From: Ranitomeya imitator
Lineage: Eukaryota
NCBI RefSeq assembly: GCF_032444005.1
Contig: NC_091288.1
Coordinates: 210,614,001-210,678,000, forward strand
Direction of reading: 5' to 3'
DNA length: 64,000 nt
The translations under genes were made by a program, and so were the position numbers. The notes beneath the pieces are model-generated. The model was not told where the DNA came from. It ran no database searches and saw only the letters and a list, made by a program, of their open reading frames with translations. Each line of letters begins with the position of its first letter. Position 1 is the stretch's first letter. Below, one piece after another: positions 34,440-46,800 of the stretch.

Positions 34440-35620
34440 AACCTCATAATACACATCTCAGCTGCTGCAGAACCTCAAAATACGCACCTCAGCTGCTGTA
34501 GAACATCATAATACGCACCTGAGCTACTAAAGATCATCATAATACGCACCTGAGCTACTGGAGAACATCATAATACACCATAGCTACTGCAGAACATCAT
34601 ACTACACACTTCAGCTGCTGCAGAACCTCAAAATACGTACCTCAGCTACTACAAAACATAACACGCACCGCTACGGCTGCTGCAGAACATCATAGTACAG
34701 CTGAGCTGCTGCAGAATCTCATAGTACGCACAGGAGCTGCTGCAAAACATCATGATACGCACCTTAGTGATTGCAGAACCTCATACTACACACTTCAGCT
34801 GCTGCAGAACCTTAAAATACGCACCTCAGCTGCTGTAGAACATCATAATACGCACCTGAGCTACTGGAGAACATCATAATACACCATAGCTACTGCAGAA
34901 CATCATACTACACACTTCAGCTGCTGCAGAACCTCAAAATACATACCTAAGCTACTGCAAAACAACACGCACCTCGGCTGCTGCAGAACATCATAGTACA
35001 CATGAGCTGCTGCAGAATCTCATAGTACGCACAGGAGCTGCTGCAAAACATCATGATACGCACCTTAGTGATTGCAGAACCTCATACTACACACTTCAGC
35101 TGCTGCAGAACCTCAAAATACACACCTCAGCTGCTGCAAATCATGAATAGCCACTTCAGTTGCTGCAGAACCTCATAATACACACCTGAGCTGCTGTAGA
35201 ACATCATGATACGCACCTGAGCTCGCGCCGATCATCATAATACATCTCAGCTCATGTAGACCATAACAGACCGCAGCTGCTGAACTTTATACTATGCACT
35301 TCAACTGCTGCAGAACCTCACAACACGCATCTGAGCTGCTGCAGAACATCACGATACACACTTCATCTGCTGCAGAACATCGTAATACACCTGTGCTGTT
35401 GCAGAACATAATACACACCTCAGCTGCTGCGGAACCTCACAATACACACTTCGGGTGCTGCAGAACCTCAAGATACGCAACTCAGGCGTTGCAGAACCTG
35501 ATCATACACACCTCAGCTGCTGCAGAACTTCATAAAACACACCTCAGTTGTCACATAACCTCATCATACACGCAGCAGCAGCTGCTGCAGAACCTCATAA
35601 TACACACCTCAGCTGCTGTG
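34440..35620. repeat. Degenerate minisatellite, about 31-bp unit (cagctgctgcagaacctcataatacacacct)
   Basis: Direct reading; internal block duplication (34560-34830 vs 34860-35130). Confidence 0.9.
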
Positions 35621-37354
35621 ATGCTTTCTTACTGGTGTGTTCTTTCCTATATTCCGTTACACACTTACATTATGTAAATTTATGGAGGGAACGTCCAAGC
35701 ATAAATGCGCTACCCGACCGCAGTGACTGAGGCGACCGCCATGCACAGATCCTACTGTAATTAATGGAACCCCCTCCAGTTCTTGCCGTGCTCATTACCA
35801 GCCCAGTTTTAATTAACAAAAAAAAAAGTAGTCACTGAGGTAAAATGGCCCCTTTGCAGCAGGTTTCACACAACTATAAAATAAGGGCACACTGCCACGA
35901 ACTCGGTATAATATCATAGAATCATAGACCCAGTTGCAGGTTGGACTTTTTTGATGTTATACGAGCACAAAATGGTGCATATAAGATCGTGGATTTAGGT
36001 ATGTAATCTCTTTCTTGAGAGGGCTCAACCTTTTAATTCACTTATTGCCACCATTTTTCATTTATATTTCACTGTTCTTCTTCTTCCCGGTCAGTAGTGT
36101 CCGTTTCGCCTCACAGACCTTTCATTTTCCAGTCAGAATTCCTTGTGGCGCTCAGACAGATTCTGCCTCTGCTTTCCCTCCAAAACTCCGCATTCTCATT
36201 GGTCAGAGCTCTGTAGTACATGAAAGAAAGCTGGAGAGGGAGGTGTGCAGCCATTTTGAATAAATACCATGCAGCACCACAGTAACACGAGACCCCACCA
36301 TTACACAATTACCACTTATGACCCAATTTCTCATACCCGAAAATAAACAAACCCCACCAGAAAAGGACACTAAACTAAGGACTGCAAACCAGACCCCTCT
36401 CATTCCCACATAAGTCAATATAGGCCCTAAAACGAACCCCTTCCTCCTAAATAAACTGACCATGGGGACCGCTAAAAGAGACCCCAAAATAAACATAGGC
36501 CCCAGACTAAACTCTCAAAACAAATGCAGTCCATGACCAGACCACTACCCCCTCCAAAAAAACAACACACACACACAAAACACACACACACAAAACACAC
36601 ACACACAAAACACACAAAAAAACCAACAAAAACATTCCCCGTCATTTTTTTTAGGCACTTTGCTGTAAAAATGACACGGTTACACGAGTCTACGGGTCAG
36701 TATGAATACGGCAATAAAAAACTTGAAGGTTATTTTTTTTTAAGTTAATTTTTTTTCTTTCAAAAACTACAAAAATTAAATTAAAAAACTATATCAAAAT
36801 TATATAGAAAAACAAAAATTAGTATTAAAAAAAATCTGAAAAAAACAAAAACAAAAATTCAAAAATGTGTAAAAAAACAACCAAACAAACAGAAATTAGT
36901 ATACAAAACGTAAAAAGTCGCCATTTTACAGGACCGGTGACGTTTTCATTTTATGTTGATTGAGGGTTTGCGTCTTATTTTATTGGGAGGAGACTTTTTG
37001 TTGATTTTTTTTTTTTTTTTACTTTTTAGCTTTTGTTGCCACTTTTCCATGCAGCTAACCACCACCAGCTCATATATTGTACAATCGATGAAATGATAGC
37101 AATTTCAAGCCTCCTGGAGGAAAGAGGAAGTGAAACTAGCGGTAGGAAGGAATAATAATAATAAAAAATAAATTTAATTTATGGCAATAATCGTACTGAT
37201 CTGCAGAGACATCTTGCCAGGTCATTTTTACTTCACAATGAAAAATTGTAGAAATAAAAACATAAAAAAATAAAATGATTTTCCTCATAAAATTGCTGTT
37301 TAAATGTATTTTATGTCCCCGAAATAAGTCAGGATTGACAGAAAACTCAACATT

Positions 37355-37445
37355 GCTGCCCATAGCAACCAATCACAGCAAACCTTTCATTTGTTCACAA
37401 TGGCGGCAGACCTAAAAGCAGAGATATGATTGGCTGCCAAGGGCC
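37355..37445. mobile_element. Small degenerate MITE-like inverted repeat
   Basis: GCCCATAGCAACCAATCA ... TGATTGGCTGCCAAGGGC. Confidence 0.45.
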
Positions 37446-37750
37446 AGGTTTCCTCTCAGACAATTTTAATAAATGGTGCCCCAAAAACCTCGCAAAGAAA
37501 CACAAATTAGACCAGTCGCCAAGGTACAGAGATTGTGTATTTGCTAACTGCCAGAATCGGGCTCCAGGTCCTGAAGTAATGCGGTTGGGGTGATGCATGG
37601 CTCCGATATCAACAGTGTCCATTCCAGAGAACACAGCCGTAACATTGAGTGTTGTGTTTCAGGCATGTTATGTCGTTTTTTGGGGGGATTTAATCAGAGG
37701 GTATAAAGGCAGCAGTACGTAACTTCTAGGTGTAGGTGTTGTCAGCCATT

Positions 37751-37837
37751 TTATTTCTTGACTATTTGGATGACGTCTTCATGGTCCATGTTGTGCGTCA
37801 GTCCGACTCTCTGCGGGCTGTACTTGGTGCTGGTTCC
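37751..37837 (-). CDS. DRG2: DRG2 exon 13 coding part ([28 protein letters not shown])
   Basis: tag acceptor, TAA stop at 37751-37753. Confidence 0.95.
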   Translation of the reverse strand, partial: GTSTKYSPQRVGLTHNMDHEDVIQIVKK

Positions 37838-40800
37838 CTAAAAATACAAAAGAAAAATGTCAGAAATAGCTATAAAATCCCATCGGAAGTTAACAAAATG
37901 TATCCTACTAGGCCACCATTTTGAAGGTTGAACTACTATCCAGATTACAAAATTTGCTAATATCAATGCAACCGGGCCCTACAGTCAAGATCACTGTGTA
38001 AATGCCTTACTTATCCTGTATTATACTCCAGAGCTGCACTAGCTATTCTGCTGGTGCAGTCACTGTGTACATACATTACATTACTGATCCTGAGTTACAT
38101 CCTGTATTATACTCCAGAGCTGCACTCACTATTCTGCTGGTGCAGTCACTGTGTACATACATTACATTACTGATCCTGAGTTACCTCCTGTATTATATCC
38201 CAGAGCTGCACTCACTATTCTGCTGGTGCAGTCACTGTGTACATACATTATATTACTGATCCTGAGTTACCTCCTGTATTATACCCCAGAGCTGCACTCA
38301 CTATTCTGCTGGTGCAGTCACTGTGTACATACATTACATTACTGATCCTGAGTTACATCCTGTATTATACCCCAGAGCTGCACTCACTATTCTGCTGGTG
38401 CAGTCACTGTGTACATACATTACATTACTGATCCTGAGTTACCTCCTGTATTATACCCCAGAGCTGCACTCACTATTCTGCTGGTGCAGTCACTGTGTAC
38501 ATACATTACATTGCTGATCCTGAGTTACACCCTGTATTATACTCCAGAGCTGCACGCACTATTCTGCTGGTGCAGTCACTGTGTACATATATTACTGATC
38601 CTGAGTTACATTCTGTATTATACTCCAGAGCTGCACTCACTATTCTGCTGGTGCAGTCACTGTGTACATACATTACTGATCCTGAGTTACACCCTGTATT
38701 ATACTCCAGAGCTGCACGCACTATTCTGCTGGTGCAGTCACTGTGTACATATATTACTGATCCTGAGTTACATTCTGTATTATACTCCAGAGCTGCACTC
38801 ACTATTCTGCTGGTGCAGTCACTGTGTACATACATTACTGATCCTGAGTTACATTCTGTATTATACTCCAGAGCTGCACTCACTGTTCTCCATTCTCCAG
38901 CCTACACAGCAGCTATTATTTATCCTGCCATCATAAGGCAGTTAATTAATGGGACTGATCTGCAGTCTGTGGATGGGGTGGTGCTATTTTAGGCAGACAG
39001 CAGTGATATTTTTCTAATCAAGGACAATAAAGCAGTAAGGCATATTAACTATATACTCACCCAAACTAGTGCATATTTAAACTGGCTGGTGAGCGTCCTG
39101 TGAATCCGGTGACACTGGAAAAAAAACAAACATATATTTGAAAGGTAACAGAGTGTATGCGTTGTCTGATAGAATGAAGGCTGCAAGGTTATAGCATCCG
39201 CTATTAGCAGCCATGGAGCTATGACTTAGAGTCTGCCAACATGCACAGCCCCAGCTCTCCTCTCCTCCTCTGCCAACATGCACAGCCCCAGCTCTCCTCT
39301 CCTCCTCTGCCAACATGCACAGCCCCAGCTCTCCTCTCCTCCTCTGCCAACATGCACAGCCCCAGCTCTCCTCTCCTCCTCTGCCAACATGCACAGCCCC
39401 AGCTCTCCTCCTCTGCCAACATGCACAGCCCCAGCTCTCCTCTCCTCCTCTGCCAACATGCACAGCCCCAGCTCTCCTCTCCTCCTCTGCCAACATGCAC
39501 AGCCCCAGCTCTCCTCTCCTCCTCTGCCAACATGCACAGCCCCAGCTCTCCTCTCCTCCTCTGCCAACATGCACAGCCCCAGCTCTCCTCTCCTCCTCTG
39601 CCAACGTGCACAGCCCCAGCTCTCCTCTCCTCTGCCAACATGCACAGCCCCAGCTCTCCTCTCCTCCTCTGCCAACATGCACAGCCCCAGCTCTCCTCTC
39701 CTCCTCTGCCAACGTGCACAGCCCCAGCTCTCCTCTCCTCCTCTGCCAACATGCACAGCCCCAGCTCTCCTCTCCTCCTCTGCCAACATGCACAGCCCCA
39801 GCTCTACTCTCCTCCTCTGCCAACATGCACAGCCCCAGCTCTCCTCTCCTCCTGTTAGTTTAAACATCTGTTATACAAGGACTGTGAATGGGGAAAAAAA
39901 CAAGAAATATTTTACAGTGCAACCTGCATAGGTTATTAATTAGATCTCTTACATCTGAGGAGACTCGTGTGCTTACTTTGAAAATCTGGATGTATAATTT
40001 TGATTAAAATGAGCATCCAAAAGTATTCAGTCTCCAGTCGGCCAGGATGACTGACAGCTGCAGCTTGTACTAAGCAGTGTGAGATTTCAGCAGCAGAGAA
40101 AAGCTGTTAGTCAGGATAGGAGGGAGGAGAATCAGCATCAGCAGGTAGGAGGGACAGTGAGGAGCTGTCCATCAGATTCAGAAGCAGAAGGGAGGAGGGA
40201 CAGTGAGGGGCTGTCCATCAGGATAGATGTAGATTCAGCAGCAGCAGGGAAGAGGGACAGTGAGGGTCTCTCCATCAGGATAGATGTAGATTCAGCAGCA
40301 GCAGGGAGGAGGGACAGTGAGGGGCTGTCCATCAAGATAAACGAAAATTCAGCAGCAGGAGGGACAGTGAGGGGAGACATCAATAAAACTAGATCGATGG
40401 AGATTCAGCAGCAGTTAGGATGTACACTGAAGAGCTGTCCATCAGAATAGATGGAGAGTCAGCAGCAGCAGGGAGGAGGGACAGTGAGGAGTGGGCACGG
40501 TGTAAAGAAAAAAAAAAATGATACAGGCTTTCTGACATTATCAAGGTAAGTACATGAGCCTCATCAGGTCCAATAACGGTTTAATATTATATGCATTTTG
40601 ACTGTCTTCTGGTGACAAATCCATTTTGAAGTGGCACTAAATTCAGACTTGCTGTAACATAAATTTGGACACTTCCATTTTTGACCAGTTTTCTTCGTGT
40701 GACTTTACAGTCTGATCTGCTCCGATATTATTAATATACGGGCAAATCCTCACCAGTGAACTGGGATACGACACCAAAACAGAACCTGAATCACGCACAG

Positions 40801-43800
40801 CAGCGCCATTTATGAATCCATTTCCACAAGTTTTTGGTGTAAACCGATCCCCCGAAATTGACAAATGACATACAAACAGAAGGTATCTTTTTTCTGCAAT
40901 TTATTGGTTTTAATAATTGCCGAGAAAGTGTCCTTGGTTATTATAGAGTAGGACTAAACGCCTATAAAAGTGCCGCAAACAAGAAGAGGAATTCTTACCA
41001 CGTGCTCCACAGAGGCGCCTTTACGGAGGATGATGGCATCTGCAAAATCAGGCCGCTCTGTGGATGAAGAGGGAGATAAGATCACAGGTTCTCACTGCTG
41101 GTGGCAGCAAGTGTTCATTTCCCCACAGCGCCTCCACAGGGAACATGAAGCATTGCAGAGTTCCCAGTGAATTCACTCATCGGTTCTTGTCACGCATTAA
41201 GGTCAGAGCAAAAGGAGCTTATGTATAGTCCACTCAGTAAAGGTGGAAGGGAACTTAATTAACCCTTACTAGATAGTTCAGACATAAAAAAAGCATCCAA
41301 CTGGCTGGGGAGAGAGTAAAACATCATTACCTCCTCGCTTCTTAGTGTAGATACAGGTAAGTGCCAAATATTCCCATAACATTTCCAGTAAATAGTCCAG
41401 GTTCAGATTCATTCCACAACTGAAAAAGAAAAAGCCAGAGAGGGATGGGACGCGAGAAAAAGCCAGAGAGGGATGGGACGCGAGAAAAAGCCAGAGAGGG
41501 ATGGGACGCGAGAAAAAGCCAGAGAGGGATGGGACGCGAGCAAAAGCCAGAGAGGGATGGGACGCGAGCAAAAGCCAGAGAGGGATGGGACGCGAGAAAA
41601 AGCCAGAGAGGGATGGGGCGTGAGCAAAAGCCAGAGAGGGATGGGGCGCGAGAAAAAGCCAGAGAGGGATGGGACGCGAGAAAAAGCCAGAGAGGGATGG
41701 GACGCGAGAAAAAGCCAGAGAGGGATGGGACGCGAGAAAAAGCCAGAGAGGGGGCGTGGGAAAAGCCAGAGAGGGGGCGTGGGAAAAGCCAGAGAGGGAT
41801 GGGATGCGAGAAAAAGCCAGAGAGGGATGAGACACGGGAAAAAGCTAGAGAGGGATGGGATGCGAGAAAAAGCCAGAGAGGGATGAGACACGGGAAAAAG
41901 CTAGAGAGTGATGGGATGCGGGAAAAGCCAGAGAGGGATGGGACGCGGGAAAAAGCTAGAGAGGGATGGGATGCGGAAAAAGCTAGAGAGGGATGGAATG
42001 CGGGAAAAGCCAGAGAGGGGGCGTGGAAAAAGCCAGAGAGGGGGCGTGGAAAAAGCCAGAGAGGGGGCGTGGAAAAAGCCAGAGAGGGGGCGTGGAAAAA
42101 GCCAGAGAGGGGGCGTGGAAAAAGCCAGATAAGGATGGGATGTCAGAAAAGCCATAGAAGACTCAACTTCTCACCTGATGACCACGCTGTGTGGCTGCCG
42201 GGCCAGTCTGTCCACCTCCTCCATGGAGATCTGATCTATTTTATTATACACCTATAGATGATATATGGGGAGGACAATAAGGGGGTTACTGAACAGAGCA
42301 ATACCAACTCCTCCATACTACTATCTGTCACATCAAAACCCTGTAGAATATAATAATAAATGGGTCCTCCGTGCAGATACGGCCCAATCGGTGTGAAAGG
42401 AGACGTGCTGAATATTTCTCATCTACTTACATACAGACACGGCATGTACACCCTGTTCCCCACAATGACATCTATGAAGTCATCCGGGCTGCAATCCTCC
42501 CGAAACAGCACCTCGGCGTTGAACATTTCTGGTGAAAAGCTCATTAAGGTCCAATCTATAGGTTGCGGTGGGTGAATGTATGGTTTAGGTGTATGCAGCT
42601 CCCCAGCAATAATGATACATGAAGGATTCTAATGCAGAGACCAATCATGGATCATAGAAATCCTCTACTTCCCATCCTTTGTATTGTGCAAAGATGGCTG
42701 CCGTCAGATAGAACCCCGTACTGTCAGTCACCATTCTCTAGGACCATAACGTTTAGGGGCAGGATCCGAGGATCTGTATGGCAGGACCACCGTGCACTCA
42801 GCCTCCTCCACTATATGGACAGATACATTGCGGCAAGCAGGAAGGATACTGTATTCGTGCAGAATGAGCTGTACCAGCTTCTCGGAGCACTGGGTCAGGG
42901 GGAGAGTCGAGTTGAACGAGATGCCGCCTCCTTTCTTGGGCTAGCAATAAATTAAAAAAAAGAAAATTACAACAGTGTGAATGAGGAAGCGCTATAAGTG
43001 CGAAACGGCCATCGCCGATGTAGAATCTTGTTTCGGCATGGAATAATCAAGCATTATTGGCGAGTGGCGCCACTTTATGCAGAAATTCTACTACTATACC
43101 AGAGCAGAAACTTATCTATTTATGATATGGAGCAAAAAAAATAAAAAGGAAAGAAGTGACAATTTCTTTGCTTCAAATTTTGGCACAGTTTTTTTTTCTC
43201 TTTCTACAACATTTTTCTAAAAATGCAGCATATTAAGTTGCCCATGTTTCGTCAGGATCCACTGACAAGCTAATAGGGCGATTATTATTTTTTGCTCCGC
43301 TGTATGGTCCCTGTGAGGATAAGCGGCAGCAGCGGCATCCAGGCACCGCTCATCAAATTCAGTCCAGAAATGTTTGGCAACAACTAAGAAATCACGCGTG
43401 AAACCCACCGATCGGTTCACTCAACGCTTACATTACATCTACGGACCCCGAACTTTGTGTAATGGGATCTATCTATATATACATTATTATACTGGGAGGA
43501 GATTAGTAAGAAAATAGTCAAAATTACGCAAAAAAAAAAAAAAAAAAGTCAGCTCCATGAACCCCATATTCCTTCTCAGTACCCCCGACCTTACGAGAAC
43601 TGCAGACCCCCGTGACAATGTATTTTCCAATCACTTACCTTAAAGTATATATTGGGCTTTTCCTTGTTCAGTCGTATACCCACAGACTCCAGCTCTTTCT
43701 CCAATAAGGATCTGGTGAAAAGAAAGTCACGACAGTGAGCGTACGATAGGAGTGCCCACCACGTGCCAGCAGGGCGTGATCTGGTGCCCGCCGCGGACTG

Positions 43801-46800
43801 CTCACCTCTGGACTTCACCTTTCGTGGCATCCAGCATCATAATGACCACGTCCGATGTCCGAGCGACAGCAATGACCTGGCGACCTCTGCCCTTCCCTAC
43901 AGGGGGATATGGTATAGGGTGCATTATGGACGATGCAGCGTGCCCCGTTCATGCAGAGCATCACAGGCGATTATCAGGAGCACCGGGGTCCTGGTCTGTG
44001 AACGCAAGAGCTAGCCCTCACCTTGCGCTGCACCTTCGATAATTCCCGGCAGATCCAACAGCTGGATGTTCGCTCCTTTGTACTGAAAGCACAGAAATGT
44101 ATCACGGACGGCCCAAACCACAGGTGCTTTCCCCAGTTTATATGTATAAAGAGCTAAAGCAGAGCTCTGCTTGTTGTCAGTGAATGGGGACATTCAGAAG
44201 TTCATTCAGTGGCTTTACGGTATCTAATACTTCTAATTTAACCCCTTTAATGACCGTCGATATCAGTTAAGGGTACTTATTCCTCAGCGCCGCTTTTTAA
44301 CGGCGCTGAGAAATAAGGGTATAGCGCCCCCCCCCCCAGCGTCAGAAAATCTCTGGGGTCTCCGAGAGAGAACATGATCCAAACTGGTTTTTACAGTCTC
44401 CTGTCATGTGATCGCTGCTATTCAGTGAATAACGGAGACCCCATTTTTTTTTCTTTTGAAGATTGATTTACAGTTCATTTCTCTCTCCCCTGAATTGATC
44501 TAACATACCAATGGAGAGCGAAATCGGAGGCACCGACTATTGCGGATCCCTGCATAGATTTTTTTGGGATGTCCAACAACCTAACCTAATGTGTTGTAAC
44601 CATGGATTCAAAATGCTCACTATACCCCTGGAAAAAATCCTTGAGGGGTGTGGTTTCCAAAATAAGGTCACATGTGGGGGGGGGGGGGGGGGGTTTACAC
44701 TGTTTAGGCGCATCAGGGGGGGCTACAAACACAACATGGGGCCCGCCATTGATTCACAAAGTCAAATGGCGCTCCCTCCCTTCTGAGCTCTGCCGTGCGC
44801 CCACATAGTAGTGTACCCCCACATACGGGGTATCGGCGTACTCAGGAGAAACTGCACAACAAACGTTGTGGCCCCTTTTTTTCCTGTTACCCTTGTGAAA
44901 GTAAAAAAGTTTGGGTCTAAAATAATTTTTTGTGTGAAAATAGTTAAATGTTAATGTTTTCCTTACACATTGCTTCAGTTCCTGTGAAGCACCTGAAGGG
45001 TTAATAAACTTCTTGAATGTGGTGTTGAGCACCCGGAGGGGTGCAGTATTTAGAATGGTGTCGCTTTTGGGTACCTTCTGTCATATAGACCCCTCGTAGT
45101 CACTTAAAATGTGAGGTGGTCCCTAAAAAAAATGGGTTTGTAAATTTTGTTTCAAAATGAGAAATCGCTGGTCAACTTTTAACCCTTATAACTACCTAAT
45201 AAAAAAATTTCCAAAATTGTGCTGATGTAAAGTAGACGTGCGGGAAATGTTTGTTATTAACTATTTTGTGTGATATGACTCTCTGATTTAAGGGCATAAA
45301 AATTAAGAGTTTAAAAATTGCAAAATTTTCTACATTTTGGCCAAATTTCCTTTTTTTTCCCATAAATTAGCGAAGTCATATTGAAGAAATGTTACCACTA
45401 TCATAAAGTACAATATGTCACGAGAAAACAATCTCAGAACCAGTGGGATTCGGGAGTTATTAGCACATAAAGTGACAGCGGTCAGAATTGTAAAAAATTG
45501 GCTTGGCCATTAAAGGTCAAAATTGGTTCCGTCACTAAGGGGTTAATAAAAGCAAGCAGAGATCTTGAAAACGGTACGGTAAAAAATAAATAAATAAAAT
45601 CATGCAGAAGTCCAATCATTGTCACCTCTATCACTCCCGGGATGCAGGTCAGCGTGGTGAACTCATAGGAGGCAGCCTCACTGGCGGTGGAGGTCATCAG
45701 ACTCAAAAACGTGGACTGGAAAAAAAAAACATTAAAATTCCAAAAATCATTCAAAGAACACTGTAAATAGTTTTATCATCATACTCCAGTCACATCCAGA
45801 GCTGCATTCACAATTCTGTGCGGTGCTCAGCGGTTTATGAAACATCCATAGATTCTGAATAGGGGGCAGCACTGAGCAAGGGCGACTAAGGATCTAGTCA
45901 GTCTCCTCCTAACTGGTCGGCTGTGACTGGAGAAATACCGGGCATCTGTACCCTGTGACGTAACACATCACATTCACAGTGGATAGATGATCTGTTAGTG
46001 GGTGAAATACCCCTTTAAGATGCCGGATGACACTGCTGCCCCCAAGAGGCCAAGTGCGGGATATACCAGGAGACGCCACATCCTTCACTATGCAGGACCA
46101 TAGCGAGCACTATAGGACGTCATCACTGCGGTGCGGCTCTGCACAATGCAGGTGGCAGCCAACATTTAGGATGCAGCTCTGGGTGTGATCAGGTCTGCTC
46201 TATGGCAGATTGATGCTGTTATGCAGATTTAGAGTACAGCGGTCACAAGGGATCAGGGGGGTTACCGACCTTACCCACAGAGGGGAACCCGATCAGCGCC
46301 ACTCGGGCATCTCCAGATTTCATCACATCGAAGCCCTCGCCTTTGGCGGCAGCAGATTTGGAGGGCTCCAGGAGCTGGGCTCTGTACTTGGCGAGCTTCG
46401 CCTTCAGCAATCCCAAGTGATACTCAGTGGCTGGAAGACAAGGAGGAAGAGATCATAGGCGGCCATGTACTAACCAGTGTAGCATCCCCCCACTAACAAC
46501 TACAGGGTCCTCCCCACTACACCCCCCGTATAACCAGTGCAGGGTCCTCCCCACTAAATCCCCCTATAACCAGTGCAGGGTCCTCCCCACTACACCCCCC
46601 GTATAACCAGTGCAGGGTCCTCCCCACTAAATCCCCCTATAACCAGTGCAGGGTCCTCCCCACTACACCCCCCGTATAACCAGTGCAGGGTCCTCCCCAC
46701 TACACCCCCCGTATAACCAGTACAGGGTCCTCCCCACTACACCCCCCTGTATAACCAGTACAGGGTCCTCCCCACTACACTCCCCTGTATAACCAGTACA

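Noticed and set aside
39077-42257. Repeat-derived ORFs in DRG2 introns 9 and 11
   Set aside because: Tandem repeat translations; real exons identified separately.
46272-46277. Alternative stronger-looking donor TGG|gtaagg for DRG2 exon 2
   Set aside because: Would delete GK of the G1 motif and shift the frame; the downstream gtcggt donor restores the 364-aa protein.
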